Program-made: the position numbers and the translations under genes
Source: an uncultured Lutibacter sp.
GTDB lineage: Bacteria > Bacteroidota > Bacteroidia > Flavobacteriales > Flavobacteriaceae
Length of the DNA stretch: 48,521 nt
Direction: 5' to 3'
Assembly: GCA_947311835.1 (NCBI GenBank)
Contig: CAMZLV010000087.1
Coordinates: 1-48,521, forward strand
Notes under the pieces: generated by a model
Database searches by the model: none
The model's input: only the letters and a program-made list of their open reading frames with translations
What the model was told of the DNA's origin: nothing
Shown: positions 9,863-20,927 of the stretch, one piece after another
Position numbering within the stretch: the first letter of the stretch is position 1
Layout: every line of letters starts with the position of its first letter

Positions 9863-9998
9863 ATCTCTAAATAAATTTTAGAGATAAATCCCAAAAAACT
9901 CCTAATTACATTAGGAAACCCTAAACAATTAATTACTTGATTTTTAGAAATTAAGTATACATATAAAACCCTATTTTAAGATTTTATCAATCTTAAAA
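9863..9998 (+). other. Four consecutive stem-loops in the nrdB-nrdA spacer
   Basis: Stems at 9863-9885 (9 bp), 9900-9916 (7 bp), 9934-9957 (10 bp, one G-U) and 9974-9998 (10 bp), separated by A/C-rich linkers. Confidence 0.6.
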
Positions 9999-10028
9999 CA
10001 TAGAATAACCTACTAAAAAAATAAAAAT

Positions 10029-12407
10029 ATGTTTGTAGTAAAAAGAGACGGCAGAAAAGAACCAGTAATGTTCGATAAAATTACGGCGCGAATCCGTAAA
10101 ATGTGTTATGGATTAAATAAAATTGTAGATCCTACAAAAGTTGCCATGCGCGTAATTGAAGGACTATATGATGGTGTTTCAACTCCAGAACTTGACAATC
10201 TTGCTGCCGAAACAGCAGCTACAATGACAGTTCAACATCCTGACTACGCTAAACTTGCCGCTAGAATAGCCGTTTCTAACCTACACAAAAACACAAAAAA
10301 AACATTTTCTGAAGTTGTAACAGACTTATATGAATATGTAAACCCTCGAACAGGTAAAAAAGCACCATTAATTGCCGATGATACGTATAAAATCATTATG
10401 GATAATGCTGCAAAATTAGACTCTACAATTATTTATAACCGTGATTTTAACTACGATTATTTTGGATTTAAAACATTAGAGCGTTCGTATCTATTAAAAA
10501 TAAATGGAGAAATTGCAGAACGCCCTCAACATATGTTGATGCGTGTTTCTATAGGTATTCATCAAGAAGATATTGATGAAGCAATAGCAACCTATGAATT
10601 GATGAGTAAAAAATTCTTTACGCATGCTACTCCAACACTATTTAATGCAGGAACACCAAAACCTCAAATGTCATCTTGCTTTTTATTACAAATGCAAGAC
10701 GACAGTATTGATGGTATTTACGACACCTTAAAACAAACTGCTAAAATATCACAATCAGCAGGAGGAATAGGACTATCTATTCATAATATTAGAGCAACAG
10801 GCTCATATATTAGAGGTACAAACGGAACTTCTAACGGTATCGTACCAATGCTAAAAGTATATAACGACACTGCACGTTACGTAGATCAAGGAGGAGGAAA
10901 AAGAAAAGGGTCTTTTGCTATGTATTTAGAACCTTGGCATGCAGATATTTTTCAATTTTTAGATTTAAGAAAAAATACTGGAAAAGAAGAAATGCGCGCA
11001 AGAGATTTATTCTACGCAATGTGGATTCCAGATTTGTTTATGAAGCGTGTACAAGAAGATGGAGAGTGGACTTTAATGTGTCCTAACGAATGTCCTCATT
11101 TATTTGATACCTATGGCGATGAGTTTGAAAAACTTTATACAGGATATGAGCAAGTAGGAAAAGGACGTAAAACCATCAAAGCAAGAGAATTGTGGGAAAA
11201 AATATTAGAAGCTCAAATTGAAACTGGAAACCCTTATATGCTTTATAAGGATGCAGCAAACCGCAAGTCAAATCAAAAGAATTTAGGTACAATACGATCG
11301 TCAAATTTATGTACCGAAATAATGGAATATACTGCCAAAGATGAAGTTGCTGTTTGTAATCTTGCTTCAATTGCAGTTTCGATGTTTATCAGTGAAGATA
11401 AAGACGGTAAAAAATATTTCAACCATAAAAAACTATATGATGTTACTAAAAAAGTAACTCGAAATCTTGATACAGTTATCGACAGAAATTACTATCCTGT
11501 AAAAGAAGCAGAAAACTCGAATTTCCGTCACCGTCCTGTTGGATTAGGAATACAAGGTTTAGCCGATGCTTTTATAATGCTACGCTTACCTTTTACATCT
11601 GACGAAGCAAAAAAATTAAACCAAGAAATATTTGAAACACTCTATTTTGCTGCCGTAACCTCATCTATGGAAATGGCGAAAAAACGCGGAAAATATTCTA
11701 CGTACGAAGGATCTCCAATGAGTGAAGGACAATTTCAATTTAATATGTGGAATATTTCTGAAGATGATTTAAGCGGTAGATGGGACTGGAAAAAATTACG
11801 CAAACAAGTGCTAAAACACGGTGTTAGAAACTCTTTATTAGTTGCACCTATGCCAACAGCCTCTACATCACAAATACTTGGTAATAACGAAGCGTTTGAA
11901 CCTTATACGTCTAATATTTATACGCGAAGAGTACTTTCTGGTGAATTTATTGTGGTTAACAAACACTTATTAGAAGATTTAGTAGAATTAGGACTTTGGA
12001 ATAACACCATGAAAGAAGATATTATGCGTGCCAATGGATCAATACAACACATAGATTCTATTCCTGATGATTTAAAAGAACTCTACAAAACTGTATGGGA
12101 ACTGAGCATGAAAGATATTATAGATATGGCGCGTCAAAGAGGTTATTTTGTAGATCAATCTCAATCTATGAACTTATTTATGCTCGATCCTGATTATGCA
12201 AAATTAACTTCAATGCACTTTTATGCATGGAAAAGCGGTTTAAAAACAGGAATGTATTACTTAAGAACAAAATCGGCAGTAAATGCAATTCAATTTACAC
12301 TTTCTAAGAAAAAAGAAGTAGAAAAACCATTGACAGCTGAAGAATTGAAACAAATGCTGATTGAAGCACAACAAAATCCAGATGACTGTGAAATGTGTGG
12401 TTCATAA
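10029..12407 (+). CDS. nrdA: Ribonucleoside-diphosphate reductase class Ia alpha subunit with ATP cone
   Basis: VVKRDG ATP cone, [37 protein letters not shown]-terminal CEMCGS. Confidence 0.99.
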   Translation: MFVVKRDGRKEPVMFDKITARIRKMCYGLNKIVDPTKVAMRVIEGLYDGVSTPELDNLAAETAATMTVQHPDYAKLAARIAVSNLHKNTKKTFSEVVTDLYEYVNPRTGKKAPLIADDTYKIIMDNAAKLDSTIIYNRDFNYDYFGFKTLERSYLLKINGEIAERPQHMLMRVSIGIHQEDIDEAIATYELMSKKFFTHATPTLFNAGTPKPQMSSCFLLQMQDDSIDGIYDTLKQTAKISQSAGGIGLSIHNIRATGSYIRGTNGTSNGIVPMLKVYNDTARYVDQGGGKRKGSFAMYLEPWHADIFQFLDLRKNTGKEEMRARDLFYAMWIPDLFMKRVQEDGEWTLMCPNECPHLFDTYGDEFEKLYTGYEQVGKGRKTIKARELWEKILEAQIETGNPYMLYKDAANRKSNQKNLGTIRSSNLCTEIMEYTAKDEVAVCNLASIAVSMFISEDKDGKKYFNHKKLYDVTKKVTRNLDTVIDRNYYPVKEAENSNFRHRPVGLGIQGLADAFIMLRLPFTSDEAKKLNQEIFETLYFAAVTSSMEMAKKRGKYSTYEGSPMSEGQFQFNMWNISEDDLSGRWDWKKLRKQVLKHGVRNSLLVAPMPTASTSQILGNNEAFEPYTSNIYTRRVLSGEFIVVNKHLLEDLVELGLWNNTMKEDIMRANGSIQHIDSIPDDLKELYKTVWELSMKDIIDMARQRGYFVDQSQSMNLFMLDPDYAKLTSMHFYAWKSGLKTGMYYLRTKSAVNAIQFTLSKKKEVEKPLTAEELKQMLIEAQQNPDDCEMCGS

Positions 12408-12419
12408 TTAACAAATCTT

Positions 12420-12557
12420 AAAAGAGACTATCTAAAAAATAGATGTTTTATCAATTTGAGCGAAGTCGAAAAGTATCAATTATTTGATAATAAAGTATTT
12501 ATCATTTAAATGATTCTTCGTTTTATTCTGAATGACACTTTTTAGATAGCCTCTTTT
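12420..12557. repeat. MITE/REPIN-like element with 19-bp terminal inverted repeats; may also terminate nrdA
   Basis: AAAAGAGACTATCTAAAAA (12420-12438) vs TTTTTAGATAGCCTCTTTT (12539-12557), 18/19 match; internal REP-like motifs GAGCGAAGTCGA and GATTCTTCG..CTGAATGACA. Confidence 0.7.
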
Positions 12558-12572
12558 TTAAAAAATAATTAT

Positions 12573-13097
12573 ATGAAAATTTTAGGTATAGGATCAAGAA
12601 TTAAACATCCAGAATTAGGCTTAGGAGTTGTCACAAACGTTACTTCAATCCATTATTGGGTTACTTTTATTGAAGGCGGATTAGAAACTATTGATATAGA
12701 TAGTGACTTTGAAATAATAGAAGCAGTAGAAAACGAAGTTGATACCGTTAGTTTTTTTGAGGTAGAAAGTACCTTACGTAATCTATTAAAAAAATGGAGC
12801 GACATCTCAGAAATAGTGCCTATTGCTGATAAATGGAAAGGCGGAAAATTACTATTAGAGCCTAAAGACACAAACTTACAGAGCAAAGAAATACCAATTG
12901 ATACTTTTTTTCACAAAATAGTTATGGTACGCGATAGAGTTCGTGTAATGGAACAAAAAATTAACTCCAGCAACCTTGACGAACAAAACAAAATAGATTT
13001 ACAACAGTATATTACTAGAATTTACGGTAGTTTAACTACGTTTAACGTGCTTTTTAAAAACAAATCACAACAGTTTTCTGGAAGTAAAAAAAGTTAA
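12573..13097 (+). CDS. Hypothetical protein (N-terminal SH3/Tudor-like segment, C-terminal helical domain)
   Basis: 174 aa ATG-initiated ORF filling the gap; GSRIKHPELGLGVV and FFHKIVMVRDR..LQQYITRIYGSLTTFN segments look conserved. Confidence 0.8.
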   Translation: MKILGIGSRIKHPELGLGVVTNVTSIHYWVTFIEGGLETIDIDSDFEIIEAVENEVDTVSFFEVESTLRNLLKKWSDISEIVPIADKWKGGKLLLEPKDTNLQSKEIPIDTFFHKIVMVRDRVRVMEQKINSSNLDEQNKIDLQQYITRIYGSLTTFNVLFKNKSQQFSGSKKS

Positions 13098-13102
13098 AAA
13101 CA

Positions 13103-15706
13103 TTATTTAGCACGTAGCATTCGCTTGATTTCATTCAATTTCATCAAGGCTTCAATTGGAGTTAACGTGTCAATATTCGTTGCTAATATTTCTTCTTTAA
13201 TTTCTTCTAATAATGGATCGTCTAATTTAAAAAAACTCAATTGCATATCTTCCTCTTGCGCTTGTTTTAATTTATTTTTTATAGCATCTGATGAATGACT
13301 TTGCTCTAATTTTTTTAGCATTTTAGTTGCTTTATTAATCACACTTGATGGCATTCCAGCCAATTTTGCGACATGTATTCCAAAACTATGTTCACTTCCT
13401 CCAGAAACGAGTTTGCGTAAGAAAATTACATTGTCTTTTAATTCTTTGACTGATACGTTAAAGTTTTTAATTCGCTCAAAAGTTGAAGTCATATCATTTA
13501 ACTCATGATAATGAGTTGCAAACAATGTTTTTGCTCTAGTTGGATGCTCATGTATATATTCTGCAATAGCCCAAGCAATTGAAATACCGTCATAAGTACT
13601 TGTGCCACGACCTATTTCATCTAACAAAATTAAACTTCTATCAGATAAATTATTCAAAATACTAGACGTTTCATTCATTTCTACCATAAAAGTAGATTCG
13701 CCCATAGAAATATTATCACTTGCTCCTACGCGTGTAAATATCTTATCTACAACGCCAATTTTCGCTTTTTGCGCAGGAACATAACTTCCCATTTGAGCCA
13801 ACAGTACAATTAAAGCAGTTTGCCTTAAAATTGCCGATTTACCACTCATATTAGGTCCTGTAATCATAATTATTTGTTGCGAATTTTGATTTAAAACCAC
13901 ATCATTAGCAATATATTCTTCGCCTATTGGCAGTTGCTTTTCAATTACAGGATGACGACCATTTCTAATTTCTAAATCAGTACTTTGATCAATAATTGGT
14001 CGTATATAATGATTGTTTTTAGCCGTTTGTGCAAATGAGCATAAACAATCAATTTGCGCTATTATTTGTGCATTTTGCTGAACAGGTCTGATGAATTTTA
14101 TTAAAAATTGTATCAAATCAGCATATAATTGCTGTTCTAATTGCCCAATTTTTTCTTCAGCACCTAATATTTTGGTTTCGTATTCTTTTAATTCTTCGGT
14201 GATATAGCGTTCAGCCGAAACCAAGGTTTGCTTACGAATCCATTCTTGAGGAACTTTATCTTTATGCGTATTTCTTACTTCAATATAATAGCCAAAAACG
14301 TTGTTAAATGCTATTTTAAGTGATGTGATTCCTGTGCGTTCTGTTTCGCGTTGTAACATCGTATCTAAATACGATTTTCCTGATGATGATATAGCGCGTA
14401 ATTCATCTAATTCGGTTGAAATACCACTTGCAATAGCATTCCCTTTATTGATGTTTACAGGAGCATTATCATTTAGCGTTGTTGTGATTTTATCGATTAA
14501 TAAATTACAATCGTCTAGTTGATTGCCAATAGTTTGCAAAAACACGTTTTTACTTTGTAAGGCTGCAGATTTTATAGGTAAAATAGCTTTTAAAGAGTCT
14601 TTTAATAAAACAACTTCTTTTGGATGAATTTTTCCTGTAGCAACCTTAGAAATAAGGCGTTCTATATCACTTATTTGCTTTATTTGATAAGTTACAGTGT
14701 CAAAAAAATCATCTGAATCAATCAAATAATTGACTATTTCATGACGCTGTTTTATTTGCTCAATATTCTTAAGAGGTAGAGCTAACCAACGTTTTAAAAG
14801 TCGTCCGCCCATAGGTGAAATAGTAGAGTCAATTACATCTAAAAGCGTTGTTGCTTGTACAGAATTAGCAGTATATAACTCTAAATTTCGTATTGTAAAA
14901 CGATCCATCCACACATAGTTGTCTTCTAATATTCTATTGATAGCTGTAATATGTGCTAACTTAGTATGTTGTGTTTCTGATAAGTAAAATAGTGCTGCTC
15001 CAGAAGCTATAATTCCTTCATGCAAATCATCAACACCAAAACCTTTTAATGTTTTTATTTTAAAATGATTGGTAAGATTATCAATGGCATTATCATATTG
15101 AAAAACCCAATCATCTAGATAAAAAGTGTTAAACTGTTCTCCAAAAACTTCCAAAAACTTTACTTTATGTTGTTTTTGAATTAATACTTCACTTGGATTA
15201 AAATTTTGTAATAATTTATCAATATATTCATCAGTGCCTTGTGCAGTTAAAAATTCACCTGTTGAAATGTCTAAAAACGAAATTCCGACCTGTTTTTTAC
15301 CAAAATGTATAGCTGCTAAAAAATTATTTGTTTTTGCTTGTAAAACTTCATCGTTCATTGAAACTCCTGGAGTTATTAATTCGGTAACGCCACGTTTTAC
15401 AATGGTTTTTGTCATTTTTGGATCTTCCAGTTGATCGCAAATAGCAACTCTACATCCTGCCTTAACTAATTTAGGTAAATAAGTGTTTAATGAATGATGC
15501 GGAAAACCTGCTAAAGCGGTTTCGGTTTCACTTCCTGCACCTCTTTTGGTTAAAACAATCCCTACAATTTTTGAGCATTTTACGGCATCTTCTCCAAAAG
15601 TTTCATAAAAATCGCCAACACGAAATAGCAACATTGCATCAGGATATTTTGCCTTGATAGCATTATATTGTTTCATTAATGGAGTAATTTTTTTTGCTTT
15701 AGCCAA
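13103..15706 (-). CDS. mutS: DNA mismatch repair protein MutS
   Basis: [15 protein letters not shown], Walker [35 protein letters not shown]; TTG start. Confidence 0.99.
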   Translation of the reverse strand: MAKAKKITPLMKQYNAIKAKYPDAMLLFRVGDFYETFGEDAVKCSKIVGIVLTKRGAGSETETALAGFPHHSLNTYLPKLVKAGCRVAICDQLEDPKMTKTIVKRGVTELITPGVSMNDEVLQAKTNNFLAAIHFGKKQVGISFLDISTGEFLTAQGTDEYIDKLLQNFNPSEVLIQKQHKVKFLEVFGEQFNTFYLDDWVFQYDNAIDNLTNHFKIKTLKGFGVDDLHEGIIASGAALFYLSETQHTKLAHITAINRILEDNYVWMDRFTIRNLELYTANSVQATTLLDVIDSTISPMGGRLLKRWLALPLKNIEQIKQRHEIVNYLIDSDDFFDTVTYQIKQISDIERLISKVATGKIHPKEVVLLKDSLKAILPIKSAALQSKNVFLQTIGNQLDDCNLLIDKITTTLNDNAPVNINKGNAIASGISTELDELRAISSSGKSYLDTMLQRETERTGITSLKIAFNNVFGYYIEVRNTHKDKVPQEWIRKQTLVSAERYITEELKEYETKILGAEEKIGQLEQQLYADLIQFLIKFIRPVQQNAQIIAQIDCLCSFAQTAKNNHYIRPIIDQSTDLEIRNGRHPVIEKQLPIGEEYIANDVVLNQNSQQIIMITGPNMSGKSAILRQTALIVLLAQMGSYVPAQKAKIGVVDKIFTRVGASDNISMGESTFMVEMNETSSILNNLSDRSLILLDEIGRGTSTYDGISIAWAIAEYIHEHPTRAKTLFATHYHELNDMTSTFERIKNFNVSVKELKDNVIFLRKLVSGGSEHSFGIHVAKLAGMPSSVINKATKMLKKLEQSHSSDAIKNKLKQAQEEDMQLSFFKLDDPLLEEIKEEILATNIDTLTPIEALMKLNEIKRMLRAK

Positions 15707-15795
15707 GATGTTTTTCTTTAAAAGTTAGAACTGCTAATTTATGGTTTTAATTTTTTATTTTTGAAAAAAATAAATCCGTTTTTAACAACTACAAA

Positions 15796-16326
15796 ATGCG
15801 TAAATTAAAAAATAGTGAACTTCAAAGAATAAATGTAGAAGAATTTAAGAATACCGATAAAATTCCATTAGTTGTAGTTTTAGATAATATACGAAGTTTG
15901 AATAATATTGGTTCTGTTTTTAGAACAAGTGATGCTTTTGTAATTGAAAAGATTTACCTCTGTGGAATAACCGCTCAACCTCCTCACAAAGATATTCATA
16001 AAACAGCCTTAGGCGCAACAGAATCTGTAGATTGGGAGCATGTTGATAGCACAATTGAATTAATTGATAATTTTAAAAAAGAGAACAGAAAAGTAATTGC
16101 TATTGAGCAAGCAGACAACGCTATTTTATTACAAGATTTTAAAATAGAAAGCAATCAAAAATATGCTGTTGTTTTTGGTAATGAAGTTAAAGGCGTGCAA
16201 CAAGAAGTGGTTTCGGCTTCTGATTATTGCGTAGAAATACCTCAATTTGGTACTAAGCATTCTTTAAATATTTCGGTAAGTTGTGGTGTAGTAATTTGGG
16301 ATTTGTTTAAAAAAATACGGTTTTAA
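15796..16326 (+). CDS. TrmH/SpoU family RNA methyltransferase
   Basis: LDNIRSLNNIGSVFRT, FGNEVKG, EIPQFG, SLNISV SPOUT motifs. Confidence 0.93.
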   Translation: MRKLKNSELQRINVEEFKNTDKIPLVVVLDNIRSLNNIGSVFRTSDAFVIEKIYLCGITAQPPHKDIHKTALGATESVDWEHVDSTIELIDNFKKENRKVIAIEQADNAILLQDFKIESNQKYAVVFGNEVKGVQQEVVSASDYCVEIPQFGTKHSLNISVSCGVVIWDLFKKIRF

Positions 16327-16428
16327 TATAGTGACAACTTATAACAGAAATATTTAACTTTCATGTAGTGATTTTTTATAGTGGGAAAATAAATATTAGT
16401 CAAATTCGCTCTCTTTTATTATAGAAAG

Positions 16429-17784
16429 TTATATACCCAAAATAAGTTTGGCAATCATAAAATAAATTAAAATTCCAAAAATATCATTGCTTGTGGTTAT
16501 AAATGGACCTGTTGCTAACGCAGGATCAATACCTCTTTTATCTAAAATTAATGGTACAAAAGTTCCTATTAAAGAGGCAATAATTATTACAGAAATTAAA
16601 GATATAGATACGGCAATGGTAAAAATAAGTTTATACTGAGCAACAACTCCAAAAGCGATAATAATAAAGGATAAAATCAAACCGTTAATTACACTTATAG
16701 AGATTTCTTTTATCATTCTTTTCAAAAAACTTCCCTTAATAATATCGTTTGCCAAACCTTGTACAATTATGGCGCTAGATTGTACGCCAACATTTCCTGC
16801 AACCGCTGCAATTAATGGTGTAAAAAAGAATAAGGCTCTATCTTCTGGATTAGACATTAAGCCTTGAAAATTTTGCATAATTGTTACAGCGCCTAAACTT
16901 CCAAGCAAGCCTAAAATAAGCCACGGCAAACGCCCTTTTACCAATTCAAAAATACTATCATCTGCTTCAACATCTTCTGTTAAACCTGCAGCCATTTGAT
17001 AATCTTTTTCTGCCTCTTCTTTAATTACATCTACTATATCATCAATGGTAATTCTTCCTAACAATATCATATTATCATCTACTACAGGAATGGCTTCTAA
17101 ATCATATTTTTGCATGATTTTAGCCACTTCTTCTACGTTTTCATTAACATTTACCGAATCTACTTTTGGTCTTACAATTTTTGAAATATTTCCTCTTGCA
17201 GGTGCAATTAATAAATCTTTTAATGACAACCTTCCTATAAGTTGTTCTTCGTCATTTATTACATAAATAGAGTGTACACGTGTTACTTCTTCTGCTTGTG
17301 CGCGCATTTCTTTAACACATCTTGGAATCGTCCAATTTTCATTAACTTTAACCAATTCTTTTGCCATAATACTTCCTGCAGTATCATCGTCATAGGTTAA
17401 TAACTCTTTAATATCAGCAACATGTTCTTCATCTTCTATATGTGCTATTACTCTTTGTTGTCTATGTTCAGGAAGTTCGGCAATAATATCTGCAGCATCA
17501 TCAGTGTCGAGTTCTTCAAGTTCTTCAGCAATTTCTTTGGCAGATAGTTTTTTAAGGACTTTCTCTCGAGTATCCTCATCTATTTCCATTAAAATTTCAG
17601 CTGTTTTCTCGCTATCTAACAGTTTGATGATGTACGTTGCTTCATCAAGGTTTAGTAAGTCTAAAATTTCAGCAATATCAGCATGATGCTCGTCATCAAG
17701 TAATTTAAGAATCGCTGTATCGTCCTGATTTTTAATCAGAATTTCTATTTGCTCTATAAATTCTTTATTAATTTCTATTGCCAT
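16429..17784 (-). CDS. mgtE: Magnesium transporter MgtE
   Basis: Acidic N-domain, CBS pair (TAGSIM, GRITIDD), [28 protein letters not shown]; overlaps rsmA end by 17 nt. Confidence 0.97.
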   Translation of the reverse strand: MAIEINKEFIEQIEILIKNQDDTAILKLLDDEHHADIAEILDLLNLDEATYIIKLLDSEKTAEILMEIDEDTREKVLKKLSAKEIAEELEELDTDDAADIIAELPEHRQQRVIAHIEDEEHVADIKELLTYDDDTAGSIMAKELVKVNENWTIPRCVKEMRAQAEEVTRVHSIYVINDEEQLIGRLSLKDLLIAPARGNISKIVRPKVDSVNVNENVEEVAKIMQKYDLEAIPVVDDNMILLGRITIDDIVDVIKEEAEKDYQMAAGLTEDVEADDSIFELVKGRLPWLILGLLGSLGAVTIMQNFQGLMSNPEDRALFFFTPLIAAVAGNVGVQSSAIIVQGLANDIIKGSFLKRMIKEISISVINGLILSFIIIAFGVVAQYKLIFTIAVSISLISVIIIASLIGTFVPLILDKRGIDPALATGPFITTSNDIFGILIYFMIAKLILGI

Positions 17785-18556
17785 CTTGCTCTATTTTTAC
17801 TGTCAATTCAATAAACGAGTTTACTGATAATTGCTCAGGTCGGAGCGCAAATATAGGGTCTTCTCTTAATTTATCCGATAATTTTAATGATTTTAAACTT
17901 CCACGAAGCATTTTTCTTCGTTGATTAAAGGCTGTTTTTACAACTCTATAAAATAATTTTTCATCAACAGGAAGGCTAAAATCTTTTTTTCTGGTAAGTC
18001 TAATTACTCCAGATTCTACTTTTGGAGGTGGATTAAAAACGGTTGGAGGCACAGTAAAAAGGTATTCTACATCGTAAAACGCTTGTGTTAATACTGATAA
18101 TATTCCATACACTTTACTCCCTTCTTTTTCTGCAATTCGCTGTGCTACTTCTTTTTGAAACATTCCTGAAAATTCTGGTATTTGATGTCTATTTTCAAGT
18201 GTTTTAAAAACGATTTGCGTTGAAATATTATACGGAAAGTTACCAATAATTGCAAATTGTTGATTTGGAAACAGTGTTTTTAAATCTATTTTTAAAAAAT
18301 CTCCTTGAATAATATTAATCTTTAAATTTTGAACTTTTTTAGCTGTTTCAAGATATTCAATTGATTCGCGATCAATTTCAATTACATGAACTTTTTTATC
18401 TTTTTTGAGTAAATATTTAGTCAAAACACCCATTCCTGGACCAATTTCCAACACTTCATTATACGTATCAGAAATTAAAGAATCTGCAATGTTTTTGGCT
18501 ATTTCTTCGTCTTTTAAAAAGTGTTGTCCAAGATGTTTTTTTGCTCTTACATTCAT
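17768..18556 (-). CDS. rsmA: 16S rRNA dimethyladenosine transferase KsgA
   Basis: [47 protein letters not shown]. Confidence 0.98.
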   Translation of the reverse strand: MNVRAKKHLGQHFLKDEEIAKNIADSLISDTYNEVLEIGPGMGVLTKYLLKKDKKVHVIEIDRESIEYLETAKKVQNLKINIIQGDFLKIDLKTLFPNQQFAIIGNFPYNISTQIVFKTLENRHQIPEFSGMFQKEVAQRIAEKEGSKVYGILSVLTQAFYDVEYLFTVPPTVFNPPPKVESGVIRLTRKKDFSLPVDEKLFYRVVKTAFNQRRKMLRGSLKSLKLSDKLREDPIFALRPEQLSVNSFIELTVKIEQDGNRN

Positions 18557-18590
18557 ATTGTCATTCTTATTTTATTTAAAATACGCAAGA

Positions 18591-18622
18591 GTCTGTACTC
18601 TAATGTCTCTCCTCTTAAATCT
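18591..18622. repeat. 7-nt periodic array (NTCTNNN)x5
   Basis: TCT at 18592, 18599, 18606, 18613 and 18620, immediately downstream of the DUF4286 stop codon. Confidence 0.7.
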
Positions 18623-18625
18623 AAT

Positions 18626-18931
18626 TTAAAACTCATTAATTATTTTCAATTCTGTTCTAAAAGCAACAAATTTTCCGTTAAAATGTTTACTGTCGTTACG
18701 TAATTTGTCAGCATCAAATTGATAATAATCATCCAAGTCTTTACGGCTTTTTGCTCTATATTGTACGGAATAGGTTATGCCTCCCATTTCTTCATCAACC
18801 AATACTTGAGTAAGTATCGCACTTGTAAAACGACCTGTTGCTAAAACCGCTGGAATATGAGTGTTAATCCATTTAAGCCACTCGTCATGAATGCTTTCAT
18901 CTACATTTATTGTTACGTTATATATATACAT
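18626..18931 (-). CDS. DUF4286 family protein
   Basis: MYIYNVTIN, WLKW..HIP, GITYSVQY, FVAFRTEL motifs. Confidence 0.88.
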   Translation of the reverse strand: MYIYNVTINVDESIHDEWLKWINTHIPAVLATGRFTSAILTQVLVDEEMGGITYSVQYRAKSRKDLDDYYQFDADKLRNDSKHFNGKFVAFRTELKIINEF

Positions 18932-18975
18932 TTTATTAGTTTTTTAATGAGGAAAAAAGAAGTGTGTATTTTAAT

Positions 18976-20748
18976 CTAATTAATTAAATCGCCTCGTAAT
19001 TTTCGATATTTTTTTCGAGCTTCTACCAAATGGATACTCGTAGCAAAATCAAATATAATCTTTTGATAATATTCTTTTGCTTTTTCTATGTTGTTTTGCT
19101 TTAAATTTAGTTCTCCTAACCTAAAATAAGCATCATCTACTAAAATATCTTCATTATTAATTGCGATGATTTTTAAGTAATTACTTTTTGCTTTTTCTAG
19201 TTGCTTTGTTTCTTCGAAAATTTCGGCTTGTTTATACAGTGATTCGTCTTCAATAGCGTGTCCTTTATGGTTTTTTAAAATTTCATCAAGTGTATTGATG
19301 GCTTCTTTATTTTTATGCTGATATGCTAATAAATCTGCTTTTGCATAAAGTTTTAAAGCAGTTTTAAGCGTGTCTTTTACGCTATTGTCACTTATTATCA
19401 AACTTAAATCCAACGCATCATTTGCTATAAGTTGTGTTGTTGAACCTTTTAAAACTTTCAGTTGTGCTTCTGCCCATTCAAAATCACCTTTAAAATAACT
19501 TGTTTGCGCTACTTTATATCTCGCAGTTTGAGCCAATACATGATTTTTTAATCCTGTTTGAACTTGTGAAAAATAGATTAACGCTTCATTAAAGCGTCCG
19601 TTAAAAACTAAAATATCTCCTAATTTTATTTTAATTGCTCCTTTTTGATACTTGTCACTTCTCAATTTTAAAGCATCCCTTAAAACATCCATTGCTTTTG
19701 TAGGCTCATTTTTTTTAAACGTTAAAAAATCTGCGTAACTCAATTGAATATCAATCGTATTGCTTGACAAACCGTATTCTTTAAATATTTTTTGAAACTC
19801 GTTATCAACTGATTCTAAGTCGTCTGATATTTCAATAGCAACATTTAGTAAATATAATTTTGCGTCAATTATTTCAGGTTGATTTGTACTGTGTTCGAGC
19901 ACAAAATTAAAAATTTGCTGCGTAGTTTTATATGCTTTATAATCAAAGGCTATTTTTCCTAAATCAATAATATCCTTTAAACTTTCTTGACTGCGATTAT
20001 ACAAGGCTTTTTCTTGTATAAATGCTTTATTATATTGTTTTTGCTGTATAAACAACCAACTTAATAATTGGTTCCAAGCATTTTTTGGATTGGTTTGTAA
20101 TCGTTTTAAAACCAATTTTTTAAAGAGAATGTTGTATTCGTTTTCACTGTCATCAGTAATAAATTTACCTACATAGCGTAAAATAGTTTTGGTATAGCGC
20201 TCATTTTTTTCAATCGATTTTAAATAGGTATCAAACATGTTTTCAACATCTCCTTTTTCACCATATATCTGAGCAATTTGATAATTATAATTAGCCTTTG
20301 GATTGTACTCCATCGTTTGTTTATACGCTTCTAAGGCGTAATCAAGTAAATGATTGTTTTGAAACGCTCTACCAATAGAATAACCAGAATAATTGTTGTT
20401 TTTAAGGTTTTTTAATGCTTTTTGATAGTATTTTTCTGCCTTTTTTTGCTGATGTTGTAGTTCGTAATTATAACCTAACTCTACATAAAACTGAGTTTGT
20501 GATGGTTGTTTTTTTAAAAAACCTTCAATAAGTTGTTGTGCTTTTTCAAAATTTTCTAACTGTTGATAACAATCAATTAATTTGTTTAAATAATTAGTAT
20601 TAAAAGGGTTTTTTTCAAACAACGTTTGATAAATACTCGCCGATTTTTCATATTCTGCTTTTCTAAAATAATCGTACGCCATTTGTTGTTCTTGCGCAAG
20701 CAAAAATGGAGCGTTCATTAGTAAAAAGAAAATAATTAGTTTACGCAT
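18976..20748 (-). CDS. Exported tetratricopeptide repeat protein
   Basis: Signal peptide and repeated TPR-like helices (AYDYFRKAEYEKSA, YFKGDFEWAEAQL, ANDAL); -7 box TATCTTTG at 20790-20797. Confidence 0.88.
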   Translation of the reverse strand: MRKLIIFFLLMNAPFLLAQEQQMAYDYFRKAEYEKSASIYQTLFEKNPFNTNYLNKLIDCYQQLENFEKAQQLIEGFLKKQPSQTQFYVELGYNYELQHQQKKAEKYYQKALKNLKNNNYSGYSIGRAFQNNHLLDYALEAYKQTMEYNPKANYNYQIAQIYGEKGDVENMFDTYLKSIEKNERYTKTILRYVGKFITDDSENEYNILFKKLVLKRLQTNPKNAWNQLLSWLFIQQKQYNKAFIQEKALYNRSQESLKDIIDLGKIAFDYKAYKTTQQIFNFVLEHSTNQPEIIDAKLYLLNVAIEISDDLESVDNEFQKIFKEYGLSSNTIDIQLSYADFLTFKKNEPTKAMDVLRDALKLRSDKYQKGAIKIKLGDILVFNGRFNEALIYFSQVQTGLKNHVLAQTARYKVAQTSYFKGDFEWAEAQLKVLKGSTTQLIANDALDLSLIISDNSVKDTLKTALKLYAKADLLAYQHKNKEAINTLDEILKNHKGHAIEDESLYKQAEIFEETKQLEKAKSNYLKIIAINNEDILVDDAYFRLGELNLKQNNIEKAKEYYQKIIFDFATSIHLVEARKKYRKLRGDLIN

Positions 20749-20927
20749 TTAAGTGTGTTGTTAATTCGTTTGATGTACTATATTTTCTTCAAAGATACAT
20801 CAAACAAAATGAATAATTAAAATCAACTGTTTTTTATAATTAATCAATTGATTTATAATCTATACTTGTTTGATTTTAATATCACAAAATTAAATTAATT
20901 GCAATTAAATCGAACAATAATGAAACG

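Noticed and set aside
9863-9998. CRISPR or other repeat-spacer array
   Set aside because: The hairpins share no repeated sequence, spacing is irregular and no cas genes are present.
8877-12407. Intein or intron in nrdA/nrdB
   Set aside because: Both ORFs are continuous, of normal length, with motifs at the expected spacing.
8877-12407. Recent eukaryotic or viral origin of the eukaryote-like RNR
   Set aside because: This RNR subclass is normal in Flavobacteriaceae, composition matches the neighbouring genes and there are no mobility genes.
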